Source: OCS116 cluster bacterium AG-390-I16 (GTDB lineage: Bacteria; Pseudomonadota; Alphaproteobacteria; MED-G09). From it: 64,000 bases of DNA. Within the stretch, counting starts at the first letter, position 1. The number at the start of each line of letters is the position of its first letter. The position numbers and the translations under genes are program-made. Below, piece by piece: positions 18,246-28,123 of this stretch. A model generated the notes under the pieces. It did not search any database. It worked only from the letters and a program-made list of their open reading frames with translations, and had not been told where the DNA came from. The DNA is taken from NCBI GenBank assembly GCA_003279705.1, contig QCGZ01000001.1:138524-202523 (forward strand), in the 5' to 3' direction.

Positions 18246-19328
18246 ATGGGGGGTTTTTTGAAAAAATTATTATTAATTACTTTAGTTTTTTTACCTTTAA
18301 ATATTTATGCAGCTAATGCAATTCATCATGGCCCCATAGGTGTTATGGGAGATCATTTTCATAAGAAAGGCGAATGGATGGTTTCATTAAGACTTGCAAA
18401 TATGGAAATGAAGAAAAATATTCTTAATGGAAACTCAATTTCAGCTGATAATATTCTAAAACAACCAAATCCCTTTTCTAAAATGCCAATGATGATGAAG
18501 AATTCTGAATCCATGAAAATGCCAATGAATTTGAGCGTTATACCAAAAAAAATGACAATGAGAATGATTATGTTGGGAGCTATGTATGCACCATCTGATA
18601 AAATAACATTAATGGGAATGGCAATGTTCAATGATAAAGAAATGACCTTAGATACTCATCAAGGCATGATGGCAAGAAACTATTTGGGTTCTTTTGAGAC
18701 ATCTTCCTCTGATCTATCAAAAATTTCTCTTTCTGCTCTGTTTAATCTACATAAAGGTGAATCTTCAAGGTGGCATTTTATTTTTGGTCTAGAAAAAAGT
18801 GTAGGTGATAATTTTGAAAAAGGTTTGGTTTTAAGCCCTATGAACATGAAGGCTACGATTACATTGCCTTATGGCATGCAATCTAGTGATAAAGCTCTTC
18901 GATTAATTACTGGAGTTACTAATGTTAGATCAATTGGAAATTATATATTGGGTAATCAATTATTGGTTAAAAAAGTAATTAATGAAAAAGATTGGAATTA
19001 TGGTGATGAGTTTGAATATAATTTATGGTTTCAAGGATCTTTCAACGAAAAGTCTTCTTACTCTTTTAGAATAAATTATAAAGATCAGGATTCAATTGAC
19101 GGATCTGATATGACAATTATGGCACCAGTGCAAACAGCTAATCCTCTAAATTACGGTGGAGAGGTGATAAATTTCGGAATAGGAGTTAATGCAATTTTTG
19201 ATATTTTTGGCGGAAGGCATAAAGATAGGTTTGCTTTTGAGATTACTAAACCAATAGATCAAAATAAAAATGGTTTACAAATGAAAGATGATATTACTAT
19301 TCATATTGGATTTCAAAAATCATTATAA
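18246..19328 (+). CDS. putative outer-membrane beta-barrel protein with His/Met-rich segments
   Basis: Signal peptide (..LPLNIYAANA), alternating beta-strand-like pattern, and an N-terminal HHGPIGVMGDHFHKKGEWM plus a Met cluster (KMPMMMKNSESMKMPM..MTMRMIM). Confidence 0.55.
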   Translation: MGGFLKKLLLITLVFLPLNIYAANAIHHGPIGVMGDHFHKKGEWMVSLRLANMEMKKNILNGNSISADNILKQPNPFSKMPMMMKNSESMKMPMNLSVIPKKMTMRMIMLGAMYAPSDKITLMGMAMFNDKEMTLDTHQGMMARNYLGSFETSSSDLSKISLSALFNLHKGESSRWHFIFGLEKSVGDNFEKGLVLSPMNMKATITLPYGMQSSDKALRLITGVTNVRSIGNYILGNQLLVKKVINEKDWNYGDEFEYNLWFQGSFNEKSSYSFRINYKDQDSIDGSDMTIMAPVQTANPLNYGGEVINFGIGVNAIFDIFGGRHKDRFAFEITKPIDQNKNGLQMKDDITIHIGFQKSL

Positions 19329-19388
19329 TTTAAATTGTAAAATTTAGAACATAACTCTAAGCTTTTAGATATTTTTTTGGAAAAAATA

Positions 19389-19913
19389 ATGAAAAAGATT
19401 TTAATTTCTCTATTACTTTTTTTTGTTCTTGTATCAACTTTTCTTGGATTAGGACCCTTTTTAACGCTTTATTCAATTAAAGAGAGTATTGAGGCAAAAG
19501 ATTCAAATAAGTTAAGTCAAAATATCTATTTTCCTGAATTAAGATCAAATTTAAAAAACCAAATTAACTTATCTTTATCAGATCGTATTAATAAAAAGTT
19601 AAATGATAATCCACTAAGATTCTTGGCCGAGGGATTGGCTGATATAGTTGTTGATGAAACTCTCGATGTTTTTCTCACACCTGATGGATTGGGAAGGTTA
19701 ATTGATGGGGAGGATCCGTCTTCAATTATTAGAAATAATAAAAAATTAGATGCAGAGGATGATGGGATAGAAATTTTAGAAAGCATTGAATTTAAATATC
19801 AATCTATTAATAGATTTATTGTTTTCATTAAAACTGTTAATAAAAAGCAAATTATACTTCACTTAGACAGATTTGGCATAAGGTGGAAGTTAGTTAATGT
19901 GATTTTACCTTAA
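19389..19913 (+). CDS. DUF2939-like membrane-anchored protein
   Basis: N-terminal TM helix, then LYSIKESIEAKDSNKLSQNIYFPELRSNLKNQI, reminiscent of DUF2939. ATG at 19389 preferred over TTG at 19377. Confidence 0.45.
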   Translation: MKKILISLLLFFVLVSTFLGLGPFLTLYSIKESIEAKDSNKLSQNIYFPELRSNLKNQINLSLSDRINKKLNDNPLRFLAEGLADIVVDETLDVFLTPDGLGRLIDGEDPSSIIRNNKKLDAEDDGIEILESIEFKYQSINRFIVFIKTVNKKQIILHLDRFGIRWKLVNVILP

Positions 19914-19927
19914 AGATAGATATTTAT

Positions 19928-20599
19928 ATGGATAATAAAAATATAATTTTTTTTGGTGGTTCTGGTTTAATAGGTAATTCTGTTCTAAATTTATTGGATA
20001 GAAAGGAATCCAATATATATGCATTTTCGCGCCAAAATTTGGATAATAAATTCAAAAATGTAAAAGATGTGATATTTAATTTTGATACACTTGAAGCGAA
20101 CATTGAATTAAATAATTGGGATCATATTTATATTTGTTTAGGCAGAAGACTCAAGGTCTGGGAGTTGCTTTACATTCAGAAAAAGGATAGAGAAAATCAT
20201 TTCAAGATTGAGCATGATTATATAATTAAGATCCTTGAAAAAGCAAAAAAACTAGGTGCTAGAGATATTTCAATTATCTCAGCTATTGGCGCAAATTCAA
20301 AATCATCAAACTTTTATTTGAAAACTAAAGGTCTTCTTGAGGAAAGTATTAAATTACTCGGATACGATAATGTTTCGATTTTACGTCCTGGTCATATTCT
20401 TACGAATAATAGTAAAAGTTCTAAGGATTTTTTAATTTGGATTGTTGATATTTTTTCAAAACTAGCAAATTTTTTTCTCATAGGTCCTATGAGAAAATAC
20501 AGAGCTATTGAAATTGATAAACTTTCAAATTTTATGGTTGAAAAAAATAATAAAGGTTTGAATATTTATTATTATGATGATTTCATAACTGTAAAATAA
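19928..20599 (+). CDS. NAD(P)H-binding (atypical SDR) family protein
   Basis: FFGGSGLIGNSV Rossmann motif, YLKTKG and ILRPGHI blocks. Confidence 0.6.
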   Translation: MDNKNIIFFGGSGLIGNSVLNLLDRKESNIYAFSRQNLDNKFKNVKDVIFNFDTLEANIELNNWDHIYICLGRRLKVWELLYIQKKDRENHFKIEHDYIIKILEKAKKLGARDISIISAIGANSKSSNFYLKTKGLLEESIKLLGYDNVSILRPGHILTNNSKSSKDFLIWIVDIFSKLANFFLIGPMRKYRAIEIDKLSNFMVEKNNKGLNIYYYDDFITVK

Positions 20600-20610
20600 G
20601 GAGGAAAAGA

Positions 20611-20904
20611 ATGAGCGTTTTAGTGAATTTAGAAATTCCTGTAAAAAAAGAAAGAATTGAAGATTTTTTCGATTATTTAAGGGATATTTTGGTTGATACA
20701 AGGGCTTATAAAGGCTGCATTCGATTAGAAACTTATCATGAAATGGAAAATTCAACTGTTCTTCTTATTGAGGAGTGGGAAAAAATAGAAAATCAGGAAG
20801 CTTATATGCAATGGAGAACCGAAACTGGGCTGGTAGAGGCTTTATCCGAGTTTCTTGATGGTGAATTAATTATCAAGAAATATTTTTCAAAAAAGGATGT
20901 ATAA
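20611..20904 (+). CDS. antibiotic-biosynthesis-monooxygenase (ABM) domain protein
   Basis: 97-aa ferredoxin-like fold pattern: TRAYKGCIRLETY....LLIEEWEKIENQEAYMQWR. Confidence 0.6.
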   Translation: MSVLVNLEIPVKKERIEDFFDYLRDILVDTRAYKGCIRLETYHEMENSTVLLIEEWEKIENQEAYMQWRTETGLVEALSEFLDGELIIKKYFSKKDV

Positions 20905-20906
20905 TC

Positions 20907-22094
20907 ATGGATAAAAAATTTGATATAATAATTTATGGAGCTACAGGATTCACAGGGCAGTTATGTGTAAAATACCTTTCTAAAAATGCCAGTGATATAA
21001 ATTGGGCCATAGCAGGGAGAAATAAGGGTAAGCTTGAGGATTTAAAAAATAGGTTATCTCTTGATGTAGATATTTTTATTGCAGATAGTGATGATCATGA
21101 GGCTCTTGGTGAAATAACAAAAAATACAAAGGTTGTATTATCTACTGCAGGTCCATTTCACAGATATAGCTCAAATTTAGTAAAGTCTTGTGTTAAAAAT
21201 TTATCGCATTATGTTGATATTACAGGTGAATTCTTTTGGATTAGAGATATGATTGACCTCCATCATGAGGAAGCCTTCTCAAAAGGTGTTAGAATTATTC
21301 CAGCTTGTGGATATGACTCTATTCCTTCAGATTTAGGAACCCTTTTTGCAAGCTCTAAAATTAATGGACCTGTAAAAAGAATTGAGTCTTTTCACGCCGG
21401 TCAGGGAGGTGTTTCAGGGGGTACTACTGAAACAGGTTTTTCAATGGGAGATCTCAAACTAGGAAAAAAAATGAACGATCCATATGTTTTAAATCCAGAA
21501 AAATCAGTTTCCAAGGAGCAAAAAGCTCTTGGATCAGATTCGGTTGGTTTAAAGAAAAATAAATCAATAAATTCATGGACCGGACCGTTTATTATGGCTG
21601 TTTCAAATACTAGAGTTGTGAGAAGAAGTGCGGCTCTTTTAGAGTTAAATCAAAATGGTTATGGTGTAAATTTTACCTATCAAGAGCATGCTTTTTATAA
21701 AAAATTTAAAACAGCTTTATTAGTAACCTCTGTAACACTTTTGTTTGGTTTGATTTTAAGGACACCTATTCGAAAGTTAATTAGACCATTACTCCCAAAA
21801 CCAGGAGAAGGTCCTAGTGAGGAGACAATGGAAAATGGATTCTTCGATAGTTTTTTTACTGCTGAATTAGATAATGGAGATAAAAAATTATTTCGTGTTT
21901 ATGGAAAAGGTGATCCAGGGTATAGGGTAACTTCCAAATTTGTATGTGAAAGTGCATTAACTTTAATTAAAGAAAATGAGAAATTACCTGGTGGAAAAGA
22001 ATATGGTGGTGTTCTTACACCAGCATCAGGCCTTGGACAGCCGTTAATAGATCGTCTCTCTTTAAACGGTGTAAATTTTGAGGGCCCTCTATAG
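20907..22094 (+). CDS. saccharopine dehydrogenase-like NAD(P)-binding oxidoreductase (trans-acting enoyl reductase-like)
   Basis: IIIYGATGFTGQL N-terminus, VVLSTAGPF and IIPACGYDSIPSDLG blocks; 2-nt gap to the upstream ABM gene. Confidence 0.7.
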   Translation: MDKKFDIIIYGATGFTGQLCVKYLSKNASDINWAIAGRNKGKLEDLKNRLSLDVDIFIADSDDHEALGEITKNTKVVLSTAGPFHRYSSNLVKSCVKNLSHYVDITGEFFWIRDMIDLHHEEAFSKGVRIIPACGYDSIPSDLGTLFASSKINGPVKRIESFHAGQGGVSGGTTETGFSMGDLKLGKKMNDPYVLNPEKSVSKEQKALGSDSVGLKKNKSINSWTGPFIMAVSNTRVVRRSAALLELNQNGYGVNFTYQEHAFYKKFKTALLVTSVTLLFGLILRTPIRKLIRPLLPKPGEGPSEETMENGFFDSFFTAELDNGDKKLFRVYGKGDPGYRVTSKFVCESALTLIKENEKLPGGKEYGGVLTPASGLGQPLIDRLSLNGVNFEGPL

Positions 22095-22853
22095 TTAAAT
22101 AGCTATTACCCCACCATCCACTGAAATTGAGTCACCTGTAGTAAACGCAGAGTCGTCAGAAGCTAAAAACAAAACAGCTTTTACAACTTCATCTGGGTCA
22201 CCAACTCTATTCATAGGATGTGTTGCAGCAAAATCAGCAAGTTGTTGTTTTGGGTCTTCTGCTGCATCGATATACCTTTGCATCATTGGTGTATTGATAG
22301 CACCAGGCTGTACAGAGTTACATCTAATTTTATAACCCATTTCAGCACAATGAAGAGCAACAGTTCTTGTGATAGCAAGTACACCTGCCTTACTATAATT
22401 ATATGCTATTACAAATGGTTTAGGCCTTGTTGCCAATGAAGAAGAAAAATTTACAATTGAACCACCATTATCCTTCATTGCTCTAACACCAAACTGACAA
22501 CCTAAAAAAACTGATGTTCCATTGATCGAATGTGTTCTATTCCAATGATCAAAAGTTTCATCTTCGATGGTTGCAGGTTCACTAATTCCTGCAGCATTAA
22601 TTACCGAGGTTACCTTATTAAACCTGTCACCTAGATATTTCTCTAGATTATTCCATGAATCAGGATTTGTTACATCTGCATGAACAAATTCACATTTTTC
22701 TCCAATTTCATTTGCAACTTCTTGACCGAGATTATCATTTATATCAAGTGTTATAGCTGTACCACCTTCTTCCACTACACGTTTGGCGGTAAGGGCACCC
22801 ATTCCTGATGCACCTCCTGAAATTACTACTAATTTCTCATTAAACCTTTGCAT
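22095..22853 (-). CDS. short-chain dehydrogenase/reductase (SDR)
   Basis: ISGGASGMGALT, NAAGI, YNYSKAG and C-terminal FTTGDSISVDGG. Confidence 0.85.
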   Translation of the reverse strand: MQRFNEKLVVISGGASGMGALTAKRVVEEGGTAITLDINDNLGQEVANEIGEKCEFVHADVTNPDSWNNLEKYLGDRFNKVTSVINAAGISEPATIEDETFDHWNRTHSINGTSVFLGCQFGVRAMKDNGGSIVNFSSSLATRPKPFVIAYNYSKAGVLAITRTVALHCAEMGYKIRCNSVQPGAINTPMMQRYIDAAEDPKQQLADFAATHPMNRVGDPDEVVKAVLFLASDDSAFTTGDSISVDGGVIAI

Positions 22854-23012
22854 TTTTTTCCTTCTTTATTTTTTTCTTCTGATTAAAATATTTTTGATCT
22901 TTTTCTCTTTGCTTTTCTAATTCAATATCAATTGAATTTACTTTTTTGCTTGTATTACAAACTGAAATTCCCATATCATCACCTTTAACTACATTAAATA
23001 TTAAGTAAGAAC

Positions 23013-23357
23013 ATGAATAAAATCAAAGATAAAAATAAAATTGAAGTTTTTTATAATGATAGCTGTCCAGTATGCAAAAGGGAGATAGAAATTTATAAAT
23101 CAAAATCTGAAGGGGTTGAGTATAAAGATTCTTCAGAAATGGATGATAAATTTAATAGAAGAATGCATGCTTTTCAGAATGGAATTGAATACAAAGGTGC
23201 AGAAGCATTTATTATGATATGGAAAAATACAAATGGCTTTAAATGGTTAAGCCGCCTATTAAATAATAAGGTATGTATTTTTTTTATGAATTTGGTTTAT
23301 GAACCCATAGCTTTTTATTTGTACAAAATGCATTTAAAAAGGAGACAGAAAAAATGA
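23013..23357 (+). CDS. thiol-disulfide oxidoreductase DCC (DUF393) family protein
   Basis: VFYNDSCPVCKREI CxxC motif at the N-terminus; family-typical size. Confidence 0.6.
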   Translation: MNKIKDKNKIEVFYNDSCPVCKREIEIYKSKSEGVEYKDSSEMDDKFNRRMHAFQNGIEYKGAEAFIMIWKNTNGFKWLSRLLNNKVCIFFMNLVYEPIAFYLYKMHLKRRQKK

Positions 23358-24235
23358 AATTAGTTTCTTATATAAATGAAAATAAACCTCAAATTGGTGC
23401 ATTAAAAGACAATTATATAATACCCTTCTCTAGTAACTCTGATATTCCTCAAGACATGTTAACTTTTATTCAAAATGGTGAAGAATTTTTGCATTTAGCC
23501 AGAAATTTACTTAAACATAATGAAAAGAGAATTCCTTTAAAAGATTGCAAATTAACCTCCCCCATTAAAAGACCGCCTAAAATAATTGCCATAGGGTTAA
23601 ATTATCAAGATCATCTTAAGGAAATTAGATTACTAGGGAGAGAAGTTGATGATCCAGAAGTACCTATGATTTTTAACAAACAGTCTACTTCAGCTTGTGG
23701 TCCTTATGATCCTATTCACGACCCTTTTGTTTCAGAAAAACTTGATTATGAGGGAGAGTTAGCTTTTGTTATTGGAAAAAAATGTAGACATGTTCCAAAA
23801 AAGGAAGCCCATAAGGTTATTGCTGGATATTGTGTTTCAAACGATGTAAGTGTTAGGGATTGGCAACTAAGGGTGCCTACTTTTACTATTGGAAAATCTT
23901 TTGATACTCACTGCCCATTTGGACCAGCAATTGTTACACCAGATGAAATTTCAGATCCCCATAATTTGGAAATTAAAACTGAAATTAACGGCGTTATAAA
24001 ACAAAATTCTAATACTAAAAATTTAATTTTTAATTGCTTTGAATTAATAGAGCATCTTTCAACCTCATTCACTCTTGAGCCTGGCGATCTTATACTTACA
24101 GGAACACCAGGGGGAGTAGGTGTTGCAGAAAATAGCTTCCTCAAAGATGGCGATAAAGTTAAAATAAGTATTTCTGAATTAGGCTATATTGAAAATAATG
24201 TAATTGATGAACCAGCCTCAACAAAAGTCTATTAA
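23354..24235 (+). CDS. fumarylacetoacetate hydrolase (FAH) family protein
   Basis: IIAIGLNYQDH, DYEGELAFVIGK and GDLILTGTPGGVG motifs. Confidence 0.85.
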   Translation: MKLVSYINENKPQIGALKDNYIIPFSSNSDIPQDMLTFIQNGEEFLHLARNLLKHNEKRIPLKDCKLTSPIKRPPKIIAIGLNYQDHLKEIRLLGREVDDPEVPMIFNKQSTSACGPYDPIHDPFVSEKLDYEGELAFVIGKKCRHVPKKEAHKVIAGYCVSNDVSVRDWQLRVPTFTIGKSFDTHCPFGPAIVTPDEISDPHNLEIKTEINGVIKQNSNTKNLIFNCFELIEHLSTSFTLEPGDLILTGTPGGVGVAENSFLKDGDKVKISISELGYIENNVIDEPASTKVY

Positions 24236-24238
24236 ATT

Positions 24239-25051
24239 CTAATTATTTTCTGAAATTAAAATTTTATTTTCCATAATTTTAATAATGGGCTTATCCACCA
24301 CCTTACCTTTATATGAAAAAACTCCATTATTACTTTTCTTATACAAATCGATAATTTCTTTTGCCTCTAATATTTCCTCTTCTGAAGGTAAAAAATATTT
24401 TTTTATAATGCTTATCTGTAATGGATTTATAGCTGCTTTTGACTGCATTCCAATAGCCTTAGATTTTTTAACTTCATTTTCAAAAGCATCCATATTTTCT
24501 ATATCCATAAATGGACTATCTATTGATATTAAATTATTTATTGAGCATTCGATAATAATTTTAGATCGTGCATAAAGCATTGCATCCCAACTCATTTCAG
24601 ATCCAATCATGCTGCTAAAATCTGCAGCTCCAAAAGATAAGCCGATAACTTTTTTATTTTTTGCAATTTTATTTAAATTATTAATCGCTAAAGGTGTCTC
24701 AATTAATGGAATAATTTTTATATCTTCAGAAATTTTTGTGAAATTTTCTTCATTTTCAAATTTAGGAACAATAAAAGCGAAATTAAGCTCGCTGAGCATT
24801 TCTATATCACTTATTCCAATTTCAGAATTTAAATCATTAACTCTAATGTAAGTTATTGCATCAGGGCTATTACTTGATAAATATTTAAACAGATTTTCTC
24901 TTGTTTTAGTTTTATCGTTTAACAAGATTGAGTCTTCAAGATCAAAAATAATTCCATCTGCTCCAGATTTAATAGCTTTCTCAACATAGTTTAGTTTATT
25001 AGCTGGTATAAAAATTGGACAAATGGGGAATTTATTCATCTTAAGTTCCAT
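24239..25051 (-). CDS. HpcH/HpaI aldolase / citrate lyase beta (CitE)-like acyl-CoA lyase
   Basis: ADGIIFDLEDS, RVNDL, IPLIETP and FGAADFS blocks, typical of CitE/malyl-CoA lyase-like proteins. Confidence 0.75.
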   Translation of the reverse strand: MELKMNKFPICPIFIPANKLNYVEKAIKSGADGIIFDLEDSILLNDKTKTRENLFKYLSSNSPDAITYIRVNDLNSEIGISDIEMLSELNFAFIVPKFENEENFTKISEDIKIIPLIETPLAINNLNKIAKNKKVIGLSFGAADFSSMIGSEMSWDAMLYARSKIIIECSINNLISIDSPFMDIENMDAFENEVKKSKAIGMQSKAAINPLQISIIKKYFLPSEEEILEAKEIIDLYKKSNNGVFSYKGKVVDKPIIKIMENKILISENN

Positions 25052-25144
25052 AAATTTTATATAATCTTAACATTAAAAATTAAAATGTAGTATGGAAAAA
25101 CTATATATAGTAAAATTACTTTTTTAGAGGCGTAAAATTTTTAG

Positions 25145-25996
25145 ATGTTTGATGTAAGTAATAAAAATATTTTAATAACAGGGGCTACTTCTGGTATTGG
25201 AAGAGAGTCAGCTCTTGCGCTAGCAAAAATGGGTGCAAACATAACATTCATTGCTAGGAATAAATTAAAAGCAGAAAATTTATTGAATGATATAAATAAA
25301 ATATCCAATGGACAAAATTCATTTATAATCGCTGATTTATCTTCGCAAAAAGATATTAAGACCGCATCTGAAGATTATATGAATAAAAATATCTCTCTAG
25401 ATGTTTTATTAAATAATGCTGGTCTTATTAATTTTAAAAGGAAGGTAACGATTGACGGTTTTGAAGAAACTTTTGCAATAAATCACTTAGCATATTTTTC
25501 TCTTACAAATTTACTTTTAGACAAAATTAAAGAGTCAAGCTCATCAAGAATTATAAATGTATCATCAGGAGCTCATCAATTTGTAAAAAGAATGAATTTT
25601 GATGATATACAATCAGAAAAATCATATAAGCCTTTTCAAGTTTATGGATATACCAAATTAGCTAATATACTTTTTACAAAAAAACTTTCATCTATTCTAA
25701 AAAATGAAAAAATAACTGTAAATTGTCTGCACCCAGGTGTAGTAGGAACTTCTTTTGGACAGAATAACAGTAATAATATTAACAAAATACTATCTTTTAT
25801 CGCTAAACCATTTATGCGAACTTCTGAAAAAGGAGCTGAGACATCGATATATTTATGTTCTTCATCAGATGTATCGAATATTTCAGGTCAATATTTTTAT
25901 AACTGTAAATTAGCAAAAATTTCCAAATGGGCTCAAAACGAAGAAGATGCTGAACAATTATGGAATATCAGCGCAAAGTTGACTGGAATTAGTTAA
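25145..25996 (+). CDS. short-chain dehydrogenase/reductase (retinol dehydrogenase-like)
   Basis: ITGATSGIGRES, NNAGL, VSSGAH and YGYTKLA motifs. Confidence 0.85.
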   Translation: MFDVSNKNILITGATSGIGRESALALAKMGANITFIARNKLKAENLLNDINKISNGQNSFIIADLSSQKDIKTASEDYMNKNISLDVLLNNAGLINFKRKVTIDGFEETFAINHLAYFSLTNLLLDKIKESSSSRIINVSSGAHQFVKRMNFDDIQSEKSYKPFQVYGYTKLANILFTKKLSSILKNEKITVNCLHPGVVGTSFGQNNSNNINKILSFIAKPFMRTSEKGAETSIYLCSSSDVSNISGQYFYNCKLAKISKWAQNEEDAEQLWNISAKLTGIS

Positions 25997-26995
25997 ATGA
26001 AGGGTGTTTTATTAATAAATTTAGGTTCTCCTGAGGATCTAGAGATATCCTCAATAAAAAAATACTTAAAGGAATTTTTATCTGATGAGTATGTTTTAGA
26101 TTTACCAAAAATAATAAGACAATTTTTGGTTAATTTTATTATTGTCCCTTTTCGTTCTCCAAAAACAAAAGAGGCTTACGAGTCTATATGGACAGAAAAC
26201 GGGTCACCTTTAATATTAAATACAAAATTAATCTCTAAAAAATTAGAAAAGAAAATAAAGAAACCTGTAGAAACCTCGATGAGATATCAAAAGCCTTCAA
26301 TAGAGGCAGGTTTAAAAAACTTAATTAATAAAGGCTGTGATGAAATTATCGCTGTTCCGTTGTATCCTCATTATGCTCAATCAACTTCGCTTACAACTGA
26401 GTTAGAGGTAAAAAGATTAATAAATAAAATTAACCCAGAAATCAGCTTAACTATTTCACCACCTTTTTATAACAATTCGAATTATATAAATTCTCTTTCT
26501 GATAGTATAAATAAGCACTTACCAAAAGATTTTGATTATCTTCTTTTTAGCTATCATGGAATTCCAGAAAGACATGTTAGAAAAATGGATCCCACAACAT
26601 CTCATTGTTTAAAAAATATAGATTGTTGTGAACAAGAATCTGAGTCTCATAAATTTTGTTATAGACATCAGGTAAAAGAGACCTCTAAGCTATGCGCAGA
26701 AAAACTTAATTTGGATGATGATAAATGGGGTATTTCATTTCAATCTAGAATAGGTCCAGGTTGGCTTCAACCTTTTACCGATAAAGTTCTTGAGGATTTA
26801 CCTAATAAAAATATTAATAAAATAGCTGTCGTTTGTCCGGCATTTATTGCGGATAATTTAGAAACATTGGAAGAAATGAATATTCGAGGAAAAGAGTCTT
26901 TTATAGACTCTGGAGGAAAGGATTTTACCTTCATTCCCTGCATAAATGACAATGATTTATTTATTGATTTTTTAGAGGAATTTGTTTCAGAATAA
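25997..26995 (+). CDS. hemH: ferrochelatase
   Basis: GVLLINLGSPE, PLYPHYAQST, FSYHGIPER and CPAFIADNLETLEE blocks. The ATG directly follows the upstream TAA. Confidence 0.85.
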   Translation: MKGVLLINLGSPEDLEISSIKKYLKEFLSDEYVLDLPKIIRQFLVNFIIVPFRSPKTKEAYESIWTENGSPLILNTKLISKKLEKKIKKPVETSMRYQKPSIEAGLKNLINKGCDEIIAVPLYPHYAQSTSLTTELEVKRLINKINPEISLTISPPFYNNSNYINSLSDSINKHLPKDFDYLLFSYHGIPERHVRKMDPTTSHCLKNIDCCEQESESHKFCYRHQVKETSKLCAEKLNLDDDKWGISFQSRIGPGWLQPFTDKVLEDLPNKNINKIAVVCPAFIADNLETLEEMNIRGKESFIDSGGKDFTFIPCINDNDLFIDFLEEFVSE

Positions 26996-27016
26996 GAAAA
27001 AAATAAAGGTAGTAAA

Positions 27017-28123
27017 ATGTTAACCAAAGGTGACGATTTTCCAATCCATCAACTATCATCTCCAGTTTCAGAGGTGGGAACCTCAAGAAATTTTTACGAT
27101 AGATATTTTTTTAATGGATATAGCAAAGATGGTAAAATTTATTTTGCTGCTGCAATGTGTATTTATCCAAATTTAAATATTATAGATGCCGCATTTACAA
27201 TTTCTTTTGATGGATTTCAGCATAATTGCAGGGCCTCGAGAGTATTAAATGAAGAAAGATTAAATACTAAAGTCGGATCAATAGATTTAACTGTAATTGA
27301 GCCCCTGGAAAAAATAGGATTAAAGGTTAATGATGAAAATGCAGGAATATCAGCAGATATAATTTTTGAAGGCATTTTTAAAATGATGCAAGAGCCTAAA
27401 ATGATCATGTACAATGGCCCAAGGCTTGTAATGGATACTTTTAGGGGTGTACAACATGGAAAGTGGAAAGGGGAAATAAATCTAAAAGGAAAAATATTTA
27501 ATCTCCAAGGCCTTGATATAATTGGTGTAAGGGATAGGTCTTGGGGTGTTCGTCCGGTAGGTTTAGCTGACAGTCAACCAGTTGTTCCTTTTGAAGTACC
27601 TCAATTTTATTGGTTATGGTGTCCTATGCAGTTTAAAGACTCTGCTGTGCAGATACATTTTGTTGATGATGAAAATGGTAGATTAATAAATGGAAATTCT
27701 GTCATTCAGTCTAAAAATAAAAACGATGATGAATTTCTTATAAATTTAAGGAAGAAAGTTAAATACCAAAGTAATTCAAGAAGAGTCAAAGAATTGTTTA
27801 TTTTTGCAGAAAAAGATAATGGAAACGAAGTTGAGATAAAAATGACACCTAAAAGTAAGAATTTTATGTGTGGCATAGGGTATATGCACCCCGAATGGGG
27901 TCATGGTCATTACAAGGGTGAAAATGAGACTTTTTATGATCTTTATGATTTAAGTGATGACCCTCATCACCCACCTTTTTTACATATTCAATCATTCTGT
28001 AATGTAACATTTAAAAATGATGGTAACAGCCATGATGGTTTTGGAGTTTTAGAGGAATTAATTATAGGTCCTCATAAACCAAGTGGTTTTAAAGATCTTT
28101 TTGATAAAGCTAATGCCGATTAG
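27017..28123 (+). CDS. conserved-looking hypothetical protein (368 aa, soluble)
   Basis: Long ORF with RBS (AAAGG) and non-low-complexity sequence. Only a weak VRDRSWG resemblance to AttH/CrtC-like hydratases. Its stop overlaps the next gene's ATG by 11 nt. Confidence 0.6.
   Translation: MLTKGDDFPIHQLSSPVSEVGTSRNFYDRYFFNGYSKDGKIYFAAAMCIYPNLNIIDAAFTISFDGFQHNCRASRVLNEERLNTKVGSIDLTVIEPLEKIGLKVNDENAGISADIIFEGIFKMMQEPKMIMYNGPRLVMDTFRGVQHGKWKGEINLKGKIFNLQGLDIIGVRDRSWGVRPVGLADSQPVVPFEVPQFYWLWCPMQFKDSAVQIHFVDDENGRLINGNSVIQSKNKNDDEFLINLRKKVKYQSNSRRVKELFIFAEKDNGNEVEIKMTPKSKNFMCGIGYMHPEWGHGHYKGENETFYDLYDLSDDPHHPPFLHIQSFCNVTFKNDGNSHDGFGVLEELIIGPHKPSGFKDLFDKANAD

Noticed and set aside
18242-18260. A G6-T6 tract at the 5' end of the OMP gene, with two out-of-phase ATGs (18242 and 18246), considered as a slipped-strand phase-variation switch
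   Set aside because: G6 is short for contingency loci, and G6 runs also occur inside ordinary CDSs here (for example 7989-7994). There is no evidence of length variation from a single sequence.
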